Shown: positions 17,095 through 27,037, numbered from the stretch's first letter. The stretch is 64,000 nucleotides of DNA from Candidatus Wolfebacteria bacterium GW2011_GWE2_44_13 (GCA_001000675.1 LCHW01000002.1:69310-133309), one strand, 5' to 3'. The notes: generated by a model not told the origin, from the sequence alone. Numbers and translations: made by a program.

Positions 17095-18081
17095 TCACGA
17101 GGCCGGCGTGATGCCGGCGATCTCGCACAGCTTAGTTGTGTGAGATGCTAAAATGCTTTCAATCAACGCTCTCTGCGGGTCATTGTCGCTAAGTCCGGAG
17201 AGTGTGGTTAAAAGATATTCGGGAGAGCGCTCGGCGTATTTTTCGCCAAGCAGGACGAGAAACCATTCAGCTGCGTCGCTTAGCTGCTGACGACTAGCCA
17301 CAACAAGCCAGTAGCTAATTGAGGAGGAAGTGAAGTTGAACTGTCTGATTTTATTTGCGCAGGCCTCACGGATTTGCTCGAATTCCGTCTCCATCAGGAG
17401 ATGGAAAAAGATATCGCTTTGAACATCGACGATTGCATTGATGAAATCAAACTCATGCTGCGGGTCACCCTTAAATTGGGAAAATATCCAGCGCAAGTCA
17501 TCCACATCGATACCCTGGACTCTTCGCGCAGCAGTTTTTGCGAAGAGCAGCATCGAAGCATGATCCCTCGACTGTCGCATTAAATCCTGGATTTTGCTGA
17601 ATGTAAGCGACTGACGAACAATTCCTTCCGCAAGGAGCGGCGCAAGTTCGGGGTTGGCGGGGGCAAAGAACGCTCTGATAAGCGCGCCTTGGCCATCAGG
17701 GGCCTGAGCACATGCTTCGATAATGTAGCACTGGACGTCTTGGTTGACAGCATACTTGAGGTAGTCAGTGAGCCTACCCATGAGGTAGTCGTGGTTCCGC
17801 ACCATTGCACCGCTCAGTATGAGTTGATAATCGGCGTAATGCTTATCGGTGTACAGGGAGAATATGTGTTCGGGTGTAAAATCTTTGTGCCCGAATGCTA
17901 CTCCGAGTGCAGTGCGGACCTGTTTAGGGTCGGTGAGCATGGAAATAATCCAGAGCAAGTCGTCCAGTGGCTCGATACTGCGAAGCGCATTCCGCACCTG
18001 TTTTCTGGCAAGTTTGCCGAGGTTGGTAAGAACTATTAAAGCCATGTACCGCTGAATCTGGGAATGTTCGGCCGTGGTCAT
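17095..18081 (-). CDS. Hypothetical protein, GC-rich and probably alpha-helical.
   Basis: 328 aa ORF with GC markedly above neighbours. Bidirectional terminator at 17053..17083. Confidence 0.5.
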   Translation of the reverse strand: MTTAEHSQIQRYMALIVLTNLGKLARKQVRNALRSIEPLDDLLWIISMLTDPKQVRTALGVAFGHKDFTPEHIFSLYTDKHYADYQLILSGAMVRNHDYLMGRLTDYLKYAVNQDVQCYIIEACAQAPDGQGALIRAFFAPANPELAPLLAEGIVRQSLTFSKIQDLMRQSRDHASMLLFAKTAARRVQGIDVDDLRWIFSQFKGDPQHEFDFINAIVDVQSDIFFHLLMETEFEQIREACANKIRQFNFTSSSISYWLVVASRQQLSDAAEWFLVLLGEKYAERSPEYLLTTLSGLSDNDPQRALIESILASHTTKLCEIAGITPAS

Positions 18082-18200
18082 CTTCGTCTCCTTAAGGCTA
18101 TGGGTTATTGGGAATGATTCTGACTAATAAATACGATAAAATGCCCGCATTGTCAATATTTTTTGAAAGGGTGACTTTGATTTTTAGCTAAAACAACGCT

Positions 18201-18782
18201 ATGATAGGGAAAATAGTAAAGAAACATATGGACATTATAAAAGAATTAGAACAGAAAATGGGAAGTTTGGTGGAGTTTGTGCGGCAGGAGCTTTTGGGTG
18301 TGCGATCAAATAGGCCATCCCCGCGACTCGTAGAAGATATTTCGTTTGAGCTATATGGACAACGCATGACCGTTCGACAAGTAGGCGCAATTAGTATTCA
18401 GCCACCAACATCAATATTGATTTCCGTATGGGATAAGGAAGCGGTTAATGTTGTTGCTAAGGCAATTGAATCATCGAATTTAAATGTAGTCGCAAACGTA
18501 GACGGCACAACGATTCGCATCAATCTTCCAGCACTTACCGATGAGCGACGACAGCAGATTATCAAGATGGTTAAAAAGGAAATCGAAGAAGCAAAAATAA
18601 AGGTGCGTTCCTTGCGTGATGACGAGAACAAACGCGTAGCGCGCGAAGCAGAGGAGGGTAATCTTACTGAAGATGAAAAGTTTAAGCTAAAGGAACAAAT
18701 CCAAGCAGTTGTTGATAAGGGAAATAAAGAGCTCGATCAGTTACTAGAAAAGAAGACGGAGGAAATTATGGATGTGAATTAA
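18201..18782 (+). CDS. frr: Ribosome recycling factor.
   Basis: RRF pattern: LLGVRSNRPSPRLVEDISFELYGQRMTV...; ~190 aa; C-terminal coiled coil. Confidence 0.88.
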   Translation: MIGKIVKKHMDIIKELEQKMGSLVEFVRQELLGVRSNRPSPRLVEDISFELYGQRMTVRQVGAISIQPPTSILISVWDKEAVNVVAKAIESSNLNVVANVDGTTIRINLPALTDERRQQIIKMVKKEIEEAKIKVRSLRDDENKRVAREAEEGNLTEDEKFKLKEQIQAVVDKGNKELDQLLEKKTEEIMDVN

Positions 18783-18828
18783 AACGTATACCGTATGTTA
18801 CATACGGTATATTTAATGCAGACGACAG

Positions 18829-18860
18829 ATACCGTATACCCTATACCTCATACCTACTAC
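18829..18860 (+). repeat. Tandem heptad repeats (atacc-gt-atacc-ct-atacc-tc-atacc) immediately upstream of the rseP start.
   Basis: Four ATACCnn units. Shares the core ataccctatacct with 14816..14848. Preceded by a 23 bp perfect palindrome (ataccgtatgt-t-acatacggtat). Confidence 0.5.
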
Positions 18861-18867
18861 CACCCAC

Positions 18868-19899
18868 ATGCTCACTACTATTATCATCATCGCACTGTTA
18901 TCAATCCTCATTATTGTCCACGAGCTGGGGCATTTTTTGCTCGCGAAGCGGTTTGGGTTGTTTGTGAGTGAATTCGGACTCGGTCTTCCGCCACGCGCAT
19001 GGGGGAAAAAGATTGGGGAAACAATCTATAGCATCAACTGGCTACCCTTTGGAGGATATGTAAATATCGCCGGAGAAAACGGTGAAGAAGAAGTAAAAGG
19101 AGACGTGCCGAAAGAGCGAATATTCGGTAATATCGCACCGTGGAAGCGATTTTGTATATTAGTAGGAGGCGTGGCAATGAACTTTCTCTTAGGGTGGGCA
19201 CTTCTATCTATCGTACTCATGATCGGGGTAGCACCAGGAGTATTTGTAAGCAAGGTGGTAGAAAATGGGCCAGCAAGTGTGGCAGGGTTACAGGCAAATG
19301 ACCGACTACTCGACTTTACCCGCTCGGATGATTTTATAACGTTTACAAAGAGCCACGCAGGGGAGCAAATTGCAGTACGCGTAAGCCGATTGGGAGAAGA
19401 GGTGACGATTAACATGACTCCACGCAAGGATCCACCAGAAGGACAAGGTCCGCTCGGGATTATACTAGGCGATTCAGTGGGACGTGAAAAACAGGGGATA
19501 CTCGGTGCAGTACAAGGCGGGTTTATAGAATCGATTGCTATTGTAAAAGGAACATTTGTGGGTATCGGTAGTTTGATTAGCGCAACGGTAATGGGCAAAG
19601 GAAGTTTGGAAAACATGACTGGTCCAATTGGCATTGTTAAGATTACGGTTGATGCGAGCGAAGCAGGATTTATTTATGTGTTAAGTCTTATCGCATTAAT
19701 ATCGGTAAATCTTGCCGCGTTTAACGTGTTGCCATTTCCAGCCTTAGACGGAGGAAGAATATTATTCTTAGCCATAGAAAAGATAAAAGGTTCCCCCTTG
19801 CCGAAAAAGTTTGAACAGTATGCAAACGGCATAGGACTCTTGCTGTTGCTGGGCTTAATTTTGGTGATTAGTGTGAAGGATGTGATAAGGATATTTTAA
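18868..19899 (+). CDS. rseP: RIP (site-2) zinc metalloprotease RseP, M50 family with PDZ domain.
   Basis: HELGHFLLAKRFG (HExxH) in TM1, a PDZ-like middle region and C-terminal LDGG. Confidence 0.85.
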   Translation: MLTTIIIIALLSILIIVHELGHFLLAKRFGLFVSEFGLGLPPRAWGKKIGETIYSINWLPFGGYVNIAGENGEEEVKGDVPKERIFGNIAPWKRFCILVGGVAMNFLLGWALLSIVLMIGVAPGVFVSKVVENGPASVAGLQANDRLLDFTRSDDFITFTKSHAGEQIAVRVSRLGEEVTINMTPRKDPPEGQGPLGIILGDSVGREKQGILGAVQGGFIESIAIVKGTFVGIGSLISATVMGKGSLENMTGPIGIVKITVDASEAGFIYVLSLIALISVNLAAFNVLPFPALDGGRILFLAIEKIKGSPLPKKFEQYANGIGLLLLLGLILVISVKDVIRIF

Positions 19900-19908
19900 A
19901 TAAAAGAA

Positions 19909-20601
19909 ATGGAAGGACTGCCTAAAAACACAAAGGAAGGGGCGGGAGGAAGAGAAGCTCGTTTAAAAGAGGCTATTGAGCATTTTAAAAACGTAGGAGA
20001 TAGGTTAGGGCTAGAAATAGACAGGAATATCATTGAATGCGTCGCTGTTTTAAATGCACTAAAGATAAATACAGCAAGTTCGTGTGGAGGGCATACTGAA
20101 GAAGGTAAGGGGCGATTGGCATTCCCCTACCTCTACTTTGAAGCCCCAGAGAGTCCGATGTATAGGTTCGAAGGGGAGATGGAGGTGAGAGAGGAGGTTG
20201 CTAAAAAGCACAGTATAGCGCCAGAAGATGTTTTACGAGAAGATCCTTCGATAGCGAAAGAATTTTATAAAGCAATTGAAGAGAGGGGGAGCGGGGAGAG
20301 TATTGAATGGAAAGAGTGGATGATGAAAAATAAAGAATTGAAAGAGCGTGTTATGAAACTTCTTGTCGAGTTTAATACGAGAAGATCTGAAGAAGACGGC
20401 GTATACCTACGCTTCGAGAGAATCTTTCCAGGCTCTAGAATTGAGACAATAGAAAGGGAAGAAGATGAGCGGTTAAAAAGAGGGGTAAAAAAACAAGAAA
20501 TACCAAGAGTCGTTGTAGTAGAAAAGGTATTGTCGGCTCAGAAAGAGATGAAAGCATTTGAAGAATTTTTAAAAAGAAAGTATCTTTCTGAAAAGGAGTA
20601 G
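19909..20601 (+). CDS. Hypothetical highly charged protein.
   Basis: 230 aa ORF. Bidirectional terminator at 20606..20641. Confidence 0.45.
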   Translation: MEGLPKNTKEGAGGREARLKEAIEHFKNVGDRLGLEIDRNIIECVAVLNALKINTASSCGGHTEEGKGRLAFPYLYFEAPESPMYRFEGEMEVREEVAKKHSIAPEDVLREDPSIAKEFYKAIEERGSGESIEWKEWMMKNKELKERVMKLLVEFNTRRSEEDGVYLRFERIFPGSRIETIEREEDERLKRGVKKQEIPRVVVVEKVLSAQKEMKAFEEFLKRKYLSEKE

Positions 20602-20647
20602 TGTATAAAAAATCCCGACCAAATGGTCGGGATTTTTTATTACAGCA

Positions 20648-21846
20648 TTAGTAGATTAATAATCCAATAAGCTGAATGGCTTCGTAGATGATGCCTCCTG
20701 CAAACACGACAAGGAGAAGATTAATAATAAATGAAGGGATGGCAGCAACGATTGAGTACGTATGCCCTGAAACATAAAACGTTGAGAATTTAACGCTCGG
20801 AAGATGTACGCGTATAGCTTTTTTCCATGCAAGGATAATAAGAATACCCCAAATACTAAACAAGATGCCACCAATTGCGCTTACGAGGGTAATAAAATTT
20901 TGGAAGCCAAGAAAGTAAAGAATAAGAGGCGTGCTTGCGACAATAACAAGAGCATTTGCAGGAGTAACGAGCCATTCATATTCGAGAAGCTTGTTAATAT
21001 CTCGACCAACAGCAGAATAAGAATCCCACAGTGAAACAAAACCAAGAATACTTAGGGTAATTAAAATCGAAAAGGGAACGGTATCGACGAGGCCAGAAAG
21101 AGAATCAGGAGAAACAGAAGAAGACAGTCCCCAAATTGAAACAGTATAAAGAAAATAAAAGAATGCAGGGAGAAGGGAGCCCCAAATAATAGCACGCTTC
21201 ATGTGCACAAAAGAAACAGATTCTTTTCGCGTATAGGCAACAAGTGCGGGTATGGCAGAAAAGCCAATAAGAGAAAAGAGGACTGGGCCAAAGGGGAGAA
21301 ATGCATGCTCGAAATTAACAATAGGGAATAGGGATGCTTCAAACGGAAATGCGATTCCCCAATAGGCGAAGATTGTGCCAATTGCAATAATGGTTATGGC
21401 AGCTGTAATAGTATCGAAAATAGCGGTGTGCTTGATACTAATAAATATAGTAATTGTAGCAAGCGCCCAAAAAAGAAACATCGCAACAAGGGGCGAAAGC
21501 GCGGGGATAATAATATGAAGAAAGCTGGACGAAAGAACAAGATATGCGGTGAGTGTAAATAAAAGCGTTATGCAAACAAGTATGCTGGAAAAGAACCCCG
21601 CGTTCTTTCCGAGGTATTTTTTGATATAACCTGGGAATTGTAGGCGCGTTTCATTGGTACGGAGAACAATGTCAGCATAGAGAAGATGGATAATAGCAGC
21701 CAAAACGCCAAAGAAGACGAGATAAAAAATTCCCACAACAAGCCCCGATTGTTGGAATACAAAAGGCAATGCAAACATACCTGCGCCGATGATATTAGAA
21801 ACAAGGAAGCTTATAGGAAGAATAAGATTTTTTAAAAAGGTGATCA
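20648..21846 (-). CDS. Polytopic membrane transporter, amino-acid permease-like (APC/AAAP-like).
   Basis: ~11 predicted TM segments and an N-terminal SNIIGAGMFALPFVF motif typical of amino-acid transporters. Start moved to internal ATG 21846 (MITFLKNL). The 61-aa ORF-track extension looks non-coding. Confidence 0.55.
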
Positions 21847-21929
21847 TAGAATATATATAAGTATATACCGATTGTATTGTTTCGAAAACAAAAAGTCCGC
21901 CGAGTGGCGGACTTTTTAAAAGAATTCCT

Positions 21930-22544
21930 TTATCGGTTAAGTGTGTGGCTCTCGTGGGTGAGCTTTTTCTCAGCATCGAGGATGGCGCACAATTTATCAA
22001 GCAATTCCTTTGGGTCAGAAGAGAATACAATCTTGTCCTTCATTTCTTCTGCGCGATGGGATTTTTCAATCATCGTTCGCAATACTTCATCGGTTTCCCA
22101 ATCACCTTCGAGAATTCCAATCGGCTTACTGTCTTCAAATGCAATAGTAAATTCGTTCATCGTACCCATACGGCCACAGCCGATGATTACGGCATCGCAC
22201 GAGCGGGTTAAGATAAGGTTTCGTCCACTGTAGTGGAATCCAGTATAGACAATCATATCGTGATTATCGATTGGCAGGTTAAATCGGTCGATGTGCTCCT
22301 TTTCTGTAGAAGCAGGGGAGAATCCAAGAACAAAACCTCCCTCGAGCTTTGCACCCTTTGCAGCCCAATAAGGAAATCCTGTTGTTGCGCCAGTAACACA
22401 AACTGCATTGTGGCGGGTAATTTCGCGACCGATTTCTTGGCCCATTTCAAATGCCTTGTCTCCGCAGTGGCGAGTTTCTGCAGCTCCAGAAACGCAAATC
22501 TTATAGGATAGGTTTGTATGGCAAACTTGAGTTTCGTCAATCAT
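21930..22544 (-). CDS. LOG / TIGR00725-type Rossmann-fold nucleotide-binding protein.
   Basis: VCVTGATTGFPYWAAKGA... and IIGCGRMGTMNEF are typical of the LOG/SLOG family. Confidence 0.55.
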   Translation of the reverse strand: MIDETQVCHTNLSYKICVSGAAETRHCGDKAFEMGQEIGREITRHNAVCVTGATTGFPYWAAKGAKLEGGFVLGFSPASTEKEHIDRFNLPIDNHDMIVYTGFHYSGRNLILTRSCDAVIIGCGRMGTMNEFTIAFEDSKPIGILEGDWETDEVLRTMIEKSHRAEEMKDKIVFSSDPKELLDKLCAILDAEKKLTHESHTLNR

Positions 22545-22580
22545 AAGGGTGGATAATGAACAGTGTGGCTCTTCGAAGAA

Positions 22581-23621
22581 TCACAGTGTAGTTATTTTAA
22601 TTTTTAATTTTTTCCACCTCGGATTTTTCTCGAGCTGGCTTTTGGTTAGTATACCATGTTTTGCGCCAATATGCTCAACAACAGAGGCGCTATTTGCGGA
22701 GGCGGCACGTATCGCTTCGCGGATAGTTTCTTCTGAAAAGGTAGTTTCTTTTTTGACTTTTTGAGCGTGGATAAGTGTGCTTACAAATGCACTTCCATAC
22801 GCATCTCCTGCGCCAGTCGCATCAGCGACGACTTTTTTCGGGAATACAGTACAGTCATACCGATGATTTGGCGTTATCACATATGCCCCTGCGGGGCCGT
22901 CCGTTACAACAGCGATGCCCGCGTATGATGTATGTAATGTAGAAAGAATGCGTTCAATAGAATCGTATTGAATACCCGTTAGTATGGAAGCCTCTTCTCG
23001 ATTCATAAGAAGAACATCTATTTTTTTTAATAATGGAGCAAGCGCAAGGAGTCCTTTTTCAACAACGTGTTTAGATGGATTAAAGGCAACCATACTACCG
23101 TTTTTAGTAAAGATATTTACTGCGTGCATAATGGTCGGAAAAGGAATATTTCCAGGGACGATATACACCCACTTGCTTTTAGTGGCGACGCGCGTAATAT
23201 CAGCGGGTTTTAACTTATCCGAAGCGCCGCGATGCGCAAGAATGGTGCGTTCGCCTGCCACAGGAACAAGAATAACGGAGTATGCAGTAGAAAGCGCTTT
23301 ATCGCTGATGATAAGCGATTTAATACCCTCAGTCCTACATTCGGCAAGGATACGATCGCCACCGTCATCGATACCAATCTTGCCAATGATCCCAACGTGT
23401 AAGCCCATGCGAGCAAACGTAGTAGCGGTATTAGTTGCCCCACCTCCTGTTGCGAAAACAGGTTTTTCGATTTCAAGCTTTGCTCCGGGCATAAAGCACG
23501 TTGCATCGCCATCGAGAAAGCCAAGTTTTTTTAAATGTTTAGGATCATGCACATTTGTAAAGAGTGCACTCTTGATGAACACGTCTCGCGTTGCTGTTCC
23601 TATGGTTATGATGTCGTACAT
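22581..23621 (-). CDS. PfkB-family carbohydrate/nucleoside kinase (ribokinase-like).
   Basis: N-terminal GG motif (FATGGGATNTATTFARMG) and C-terminal DATGAGDAYGSAF anion-hole motif. Confidence 0.8.
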   Translation of the reverse strand: MYDIITIGTATRDVFIKSALFTNVHDPKHLKKLGFLDGDATCFMPGAKLEIEKPVFATGGGATNTATTFARMGLHVGIIGKIGIDDGGDRILAECRTEGIKSLIISDKALSTAYSVILVPVAGERTILAHRGASDKLKPADITRVATKSKWVYIVPGNIPFPTIMHAVNIFTKNGSMVAFNPSKHVVEKGLLALAPLLKKIDVLLMNREEASILTGIQYDSIERILSTLHTSYAGIAVVTDGPAGAYVITPNHRYDCTVFPKKVVADATGAGDAYGSAFVSTLIHAQKVKKETTFSEETIREAIRAASANSASVVEHIGAKHGILTKSQLEKNPRWKKLKIKITTL

Positions 23622-23749
23622 ATGTATAGTATAAAAGTTCTAATGACAAATTACTAATTTCTAATTATTGAGATTGGAGGCAGTAATTTTTAAAGTAAAA
23701 AACACCCTCCCGTATGAGGGAGGGTGAACTGATAAAGGTAGGCAATATA

Positions 23750-24052
23750 TTAATAGACCGTAACTACTTTTGCGGTAATCAGTGCCAGTGGCTCATTAAC
23801 TGCCTTCGTAATAACCCCGTGTGCTTGCAGGAGACGGCGCACAATCGGCCAAGCTCGGTGGGGCATTAAAGGGGTGTTGATGCAGATTGTGTCGTCGCAG
23901 CCTTCTCTAAGAGAAAGAAGAGTGCCTTCCCTAGCGACGGAGACATTGATAGTGTTGTTAGATCTGTAAACGTACACAGTGTCCCCGACCATAAATGAAG
24001 TTATCCGTGGCGGCCCATCTCCTTCAGGCCCAATGTTAACGATTGTAATCAC
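23750..24052 (-). CDS. Hypothetical small protein.
   Basis: 100 aa ORF. Hairpin terminator at 23698..23728. Confidence 0.4.
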   Translation of the reverse strand: MITIVNIGPEGDGPPRITSFMVGDTVYVYRSNNTINVSVAREGTLLSLREGCDDTICINTPLMPHRAWPIVRRLLQAHGVITKAVNEPLALITAKVVTVY

Positions 24053-24143
24053 GGCAGAATCCCTTCCTTGGGTGGGTTGATTGATAATAGCTAACTTTCT
24101 TATACCCTAGCGGAGGCGCAGAGTTAATGTAGGAAATGAACAG

Positions 24144-24884
24144 TTAATTTTCGATGTAGCCCTTAGATCTTTTCCAAATAATTTCAAATAAGGCAGACAG
24201 GGATTTTTTTATTTTTACATTTTCGATAACAATACAAAGGTTGTCTGCGGGAATTATGATAATTACTTTATTTGAAAAAAGATACAGCATAATTTTGAAA
24301 TCATTTAACATAGTACTGGTCCTCATTTGAATGTTATGATCATGAATAACAAACTCATTCTTTTCATTGGACGGAATAATAGTTCTTGATTGTATACCCA
24401 ACCTTTTCTTTTCAGCTAATAAATCTTTCCAAAAATCATAGCCGAGCTTAAAAGAAGAGCGAATATCGCCCTCAATCGTCAAAAGCTCTTCTTTTGTATC
24501 ATTAAGAGCAACCAATTCTTTGAACGTTTCTTTCATGCCGGCAATCGTATCATAGAAGCGTATTTTACTGGCAGCCGATTTTTGTTCAAAAATATCCTCC
24601 AGCTGTGGCATGAGTGCGTCGAGAAGATAATATTGTTCCCTAATTTGCGACAGAAGTGTCTTCGGATTTTTGATATAATATTTCTTCCGCTTCTCCTTAA
24701 TCTCAATATTGATTAAATTTTTCTCCAACATTCGCTCTATAATCAAATAAAGGGTTGTTCTCTTAATCCCAGTACTTTTGGATATCTCTTGAATAAATTG
24801 CGGCCCATTTTTTAATAAGGAGAGGTAAATATCGGCTTGTTGTTCCGGCAAGCCGATTTTTTCTAGCTGTTCTTTTGCTATCAT
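24144..24884 (-). CDS. TrmB-family-like transcriptional regulator (second paralogue in the window).
   Basis: N-terminal LEKIGLPEQQADIYLSLLKNGPQFIQEISKSTGIKRTTLYLIIERMLEKNLI has the same HTH layout as 13448..14245. Confidence 0.55.
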   Translation of the reverse strand: MIAKEQLEKIGLPEQQADIYLSLLKNGPQFIQEISKSTGIKRTTLYLIIERMLEKNLINIEIKEKRKKYYIKNPKTLLSQIREQYYLLDALMPQLEDIFEQKSAASKIRFYDTIAGMKETFKELVALNDTKEELLTIEGDIRSSFKLGYDFWKDLLAEKKRLGIQSRTIIPSNEKNEFVIHDHNIQMRTSTMLNDFKIMLYLFSNKVIIIIPADNLCIVIENVKIKKSLSALFEIIWKRSKGYIEN

Positions 24885-24966
24885 ATATGTGACGTCAAAA
24901 ATGACACTTAAAATGGATTATTTTCATATAAACCTTTCATTTAAGCTATGTTATATTGTTTAGTTT

Positions 24967-24981
24967 GTCAAATAGTTTGAC
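24967..24981. promoter_or_regulatory. Perfect palindrome GTCAAA-tag-TTTGAC in the divergent intergenic region. Candidate operator.
   Basis: Exact symmetry. Lies between the regulator start (24884) and the zinc-finger gene (25052). A TGACGTCA palindrome also sits at 24890..24897. Confidence 0.3.
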
Positions 24982-25051
24982 TTAACTCGTAAATATTGCA
25001 AACTAAGACCAGAAGTGGACCTTAATAACAAAATAAAGGGAGGAAAGGGCT

Positions 25052-25495
25052 ATGATTAAAACCGAGGCTTGTCCCTGCTGTGCAGGGAAAAAGAAAGTGG
25101 AGCGTAATGTATACGGTTTACCACCAAATGAAGATATGGTGACCACGACAGTCGAGGTTGGTTGCGAAATGTGCAGCAACCAAGGGACAATTCCAGTAAT
25201 GGAAATGTGCTTTACCTGCGGTGGGGAGAAAAAGTTTTTTATAGATCCCAGTTCATCTATTTGCAGTTGTGAAGTTAAATGTCCGACATGCAAAGGAAAT
25301 GGCTATGTTGAAAGAGGTGCGCGTAACAAAGAAGGGGGCTTATTGAACAGAATTCATAAAGACGCTCTTTCCATAGAATTGCTCCGAGAGCATACTACTC
25401 TTAGATGCAGAAGATGCGACAATGCAATATCGAAAAGGGAGGACTATAACTACAGGTACTCGAATGACAATCCTTCTTGGTGGAACTGGGACTAA
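25052..25495 (+). CDS. DnaJ-type zinc-finger protein with 4x CxxCxGxG-like motifs. No J domain.
   Basis: CPCCAGKK, CEMCSNQG, CFTCGGEK and CPTCKGNG. AAGGGAGG RBS before ATG. Confidence 0.6.
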   Translation: MIKTEACPCCAGKKKVERNVYGLPPNEDMVTTTVEVGCEMCSNQGTIPVMEMCFTCGGEKKFFIDPSSSICSCEVKCPTCKGNGYVERGARNKEGGLLNRIHKDALSIELLREHTTLRCRRCDNAISKREDYNYRYSNDNPSWWNWD

Positions 25496-25533
25496 TGGGG
25501 GATTAGTAAATAAAATCAAGAAAGGAGAAGGCT

Positions 25534-25674
25534 ATGGGATCGATGGCGGGAAGCAAAGGCGGAGTTTCTGAGGAGACAAGAGAGCAGGTAAAAGATTTAC
25601 GCAAACCTAAGAGTGCAGAGATAGCACAACCGAAGGAGGGCGTCTCTCCTCAGAAAACCAAAATTAAAAAGTGA
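25534..25674 (+). CDS. Candidate 46-aa small protein (Lys-rich), not in the ORF track.
   Basis: AAAGGAGAAGG RBS 5 nt before ATG. Intrinsic terminator follows at 25697..25732. Confidence 0.35.
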   Translation: MGSMAGSKGGVSEETREQVKDLRKPKSAEIAQPKEGVSPQKTKIKK

Positions 25675-25913
25675 CCCAGCACTATTTCAGGCAACCAGGC
25701 CGCGCTAAGTTTATTAGCGCGGCTTTTTTTCTAAAATTTGGAAAGGGTTAAAAATCAAATAAAAATACCAGCTACAGCTGGTATTTTTAGAGAAGTCCGT
25801 GTTTGGATGAAATACAAGGCGCGGGGAGGTTGTAGAGGAAGACGTGCTAATTGTACGGCGACCGAGGCAACGGGGACCCGCAACACAGTAGTTCGCCAAA
25901 CAGGGAATTCTCC

Positions 25914-26912
25914 TTATTTCTTGCGCGCAATAACTTTCTTCACTGCATCTGCAATCGCATTTTTATCAAGCTTATATTTTTTAAATAGTTCAGCCGATGT
26001 TCCACTTTCTCCAAACGTATCTTGCATACCAATAAATTCAATCGGGGTTGGCTGATGCTTTGCAAGGCATTCGGCAACTGCACCACCAAGCCCACCGAGA
26101 ACGCTATGCTCTTCGACGGTTACGACTGCTCCGTATTTTTTGGCCAGCGCCACAATTTTCTTTTCATCCAGTGGCTTTACGGTATGGCTGTTGAGTACAA
26201 GTGTGCCAATCTTTTCTTTTTCTAGTTCTTGTGCAGCAAGAAGTGCTTGATGGAGAAGAGGACCACACCCGATAATAACAACCTGTGGTTTTTTTGATTC
26301 CCAAAGCGTGTACGCTTTATCAGGAATAAACGGCGTTTCTTGTGTAGTTACAAGAGGAGACTTTTCGCGAGTAAAACGAAGATAGATTGGCCCCCAAATT
26401 TGTGATGCTGCAACAGTAGCTTTATGTGCCTCAAGGGCATCTACGGGAACGATAACACGCATATTGGGCATGGAGCGCATGGTGGCGATATCTTCGATTG
26501 CCTGATGTGTTGCTCCATCGGGGCCGGTTGAGATGCCTGCATGGTGGCCAGCTATTTTCACGTTTGCATCATTATATGCAATGGTTGTGCGAATTTGCTC
26601 CCAGTTTCTTCCTGGGGAAAATACTGCATACGATGCGGCGAAAGGAATTTTATTAGAAACTCCAAAGCCGGCCGCAAGGGTGATCATATTTTGCTCAGCA
26701 ACACCACACTCAAAAAAGCGTTTTGGATATTTAGTGGCGAATGCTTCGCAACGAGTGGATTCTTTTAGGTCAGCCGAAAGGACAACAACATCGGGGTTAG
26801 TTTCTCCGAGTTGCACCAAGCCAGTTCCAAATCCATCACGAGTTGCTTTTTGTTCAACGTCAGATTCAAACGTTTTTTCTGAAATAAAATTTTCTACGGA
26901 TAACATATGCAT
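25914..26912 (-). CDS. Transketolase C-terminal subunit (pyrimidine-binding plus C-terminal domains), as in split transketolases.
   Basis: ECGVAEQNMITLAAGFG and later motifs. 332 aa. No N-terminal (TPP-binding) subunit gene is adjacent. Confidence 0.75.
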   Translation of the reverse strand: MHMLSVENFISEKTFESDVEQKATRDGFGTGLVQLGETNPDVVVLSADLKESTRCEAFATKYPKRFFECGVAEQNMITLAAGFGVSNKIPFAASYAVFSPGRNWEQIRTTIAYNDANVKIAGHHAGISTGPDGATHQAIEDIATMRSMPNMRVIVPVDALEAHKATVAASQIWGPIYLRFTREKSPLVTTQETPFIPDKAYTLWESKKPQVVIIGCGPLLHQALLAAQELEKEKIGTLVLNSHTVKPLDEKKIVALAKKYGAVVTVEEHSVLGGLGGAVAECLAKHQPTPIEFIGMQDTFGESGTSAELFKKYKLDKNAIADAVKKVIARKK

Positions 26913-27037
26913 TATTATAAAAGATTTAAGAGAGAATTACGAATTACCACGTAAAGTCTTCTACGAGAGGCCCCGTGGCGCGTAAAAAAGCCCCTCGGTA
27001 AGCCGAGGGGGCAGGGGGTAAACGGGTAAAAACAGAT

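Noticed and set aside
21847-22030. 61-aa N-terminal extension of the permease ORF, plus similar 5' extensions of ORFs 27444..28997, 2986..3627, 2070..2573 and 7392..8153
   Set aside because: The extensions are non-coding-like in composition, lack RBSs and overlap promoter elements. Internal ATGs with good RBSs give conserved N-termini (MITFLKNL, MELTFFG, MSSQAY, MSERRE, MTEYYTEAF).
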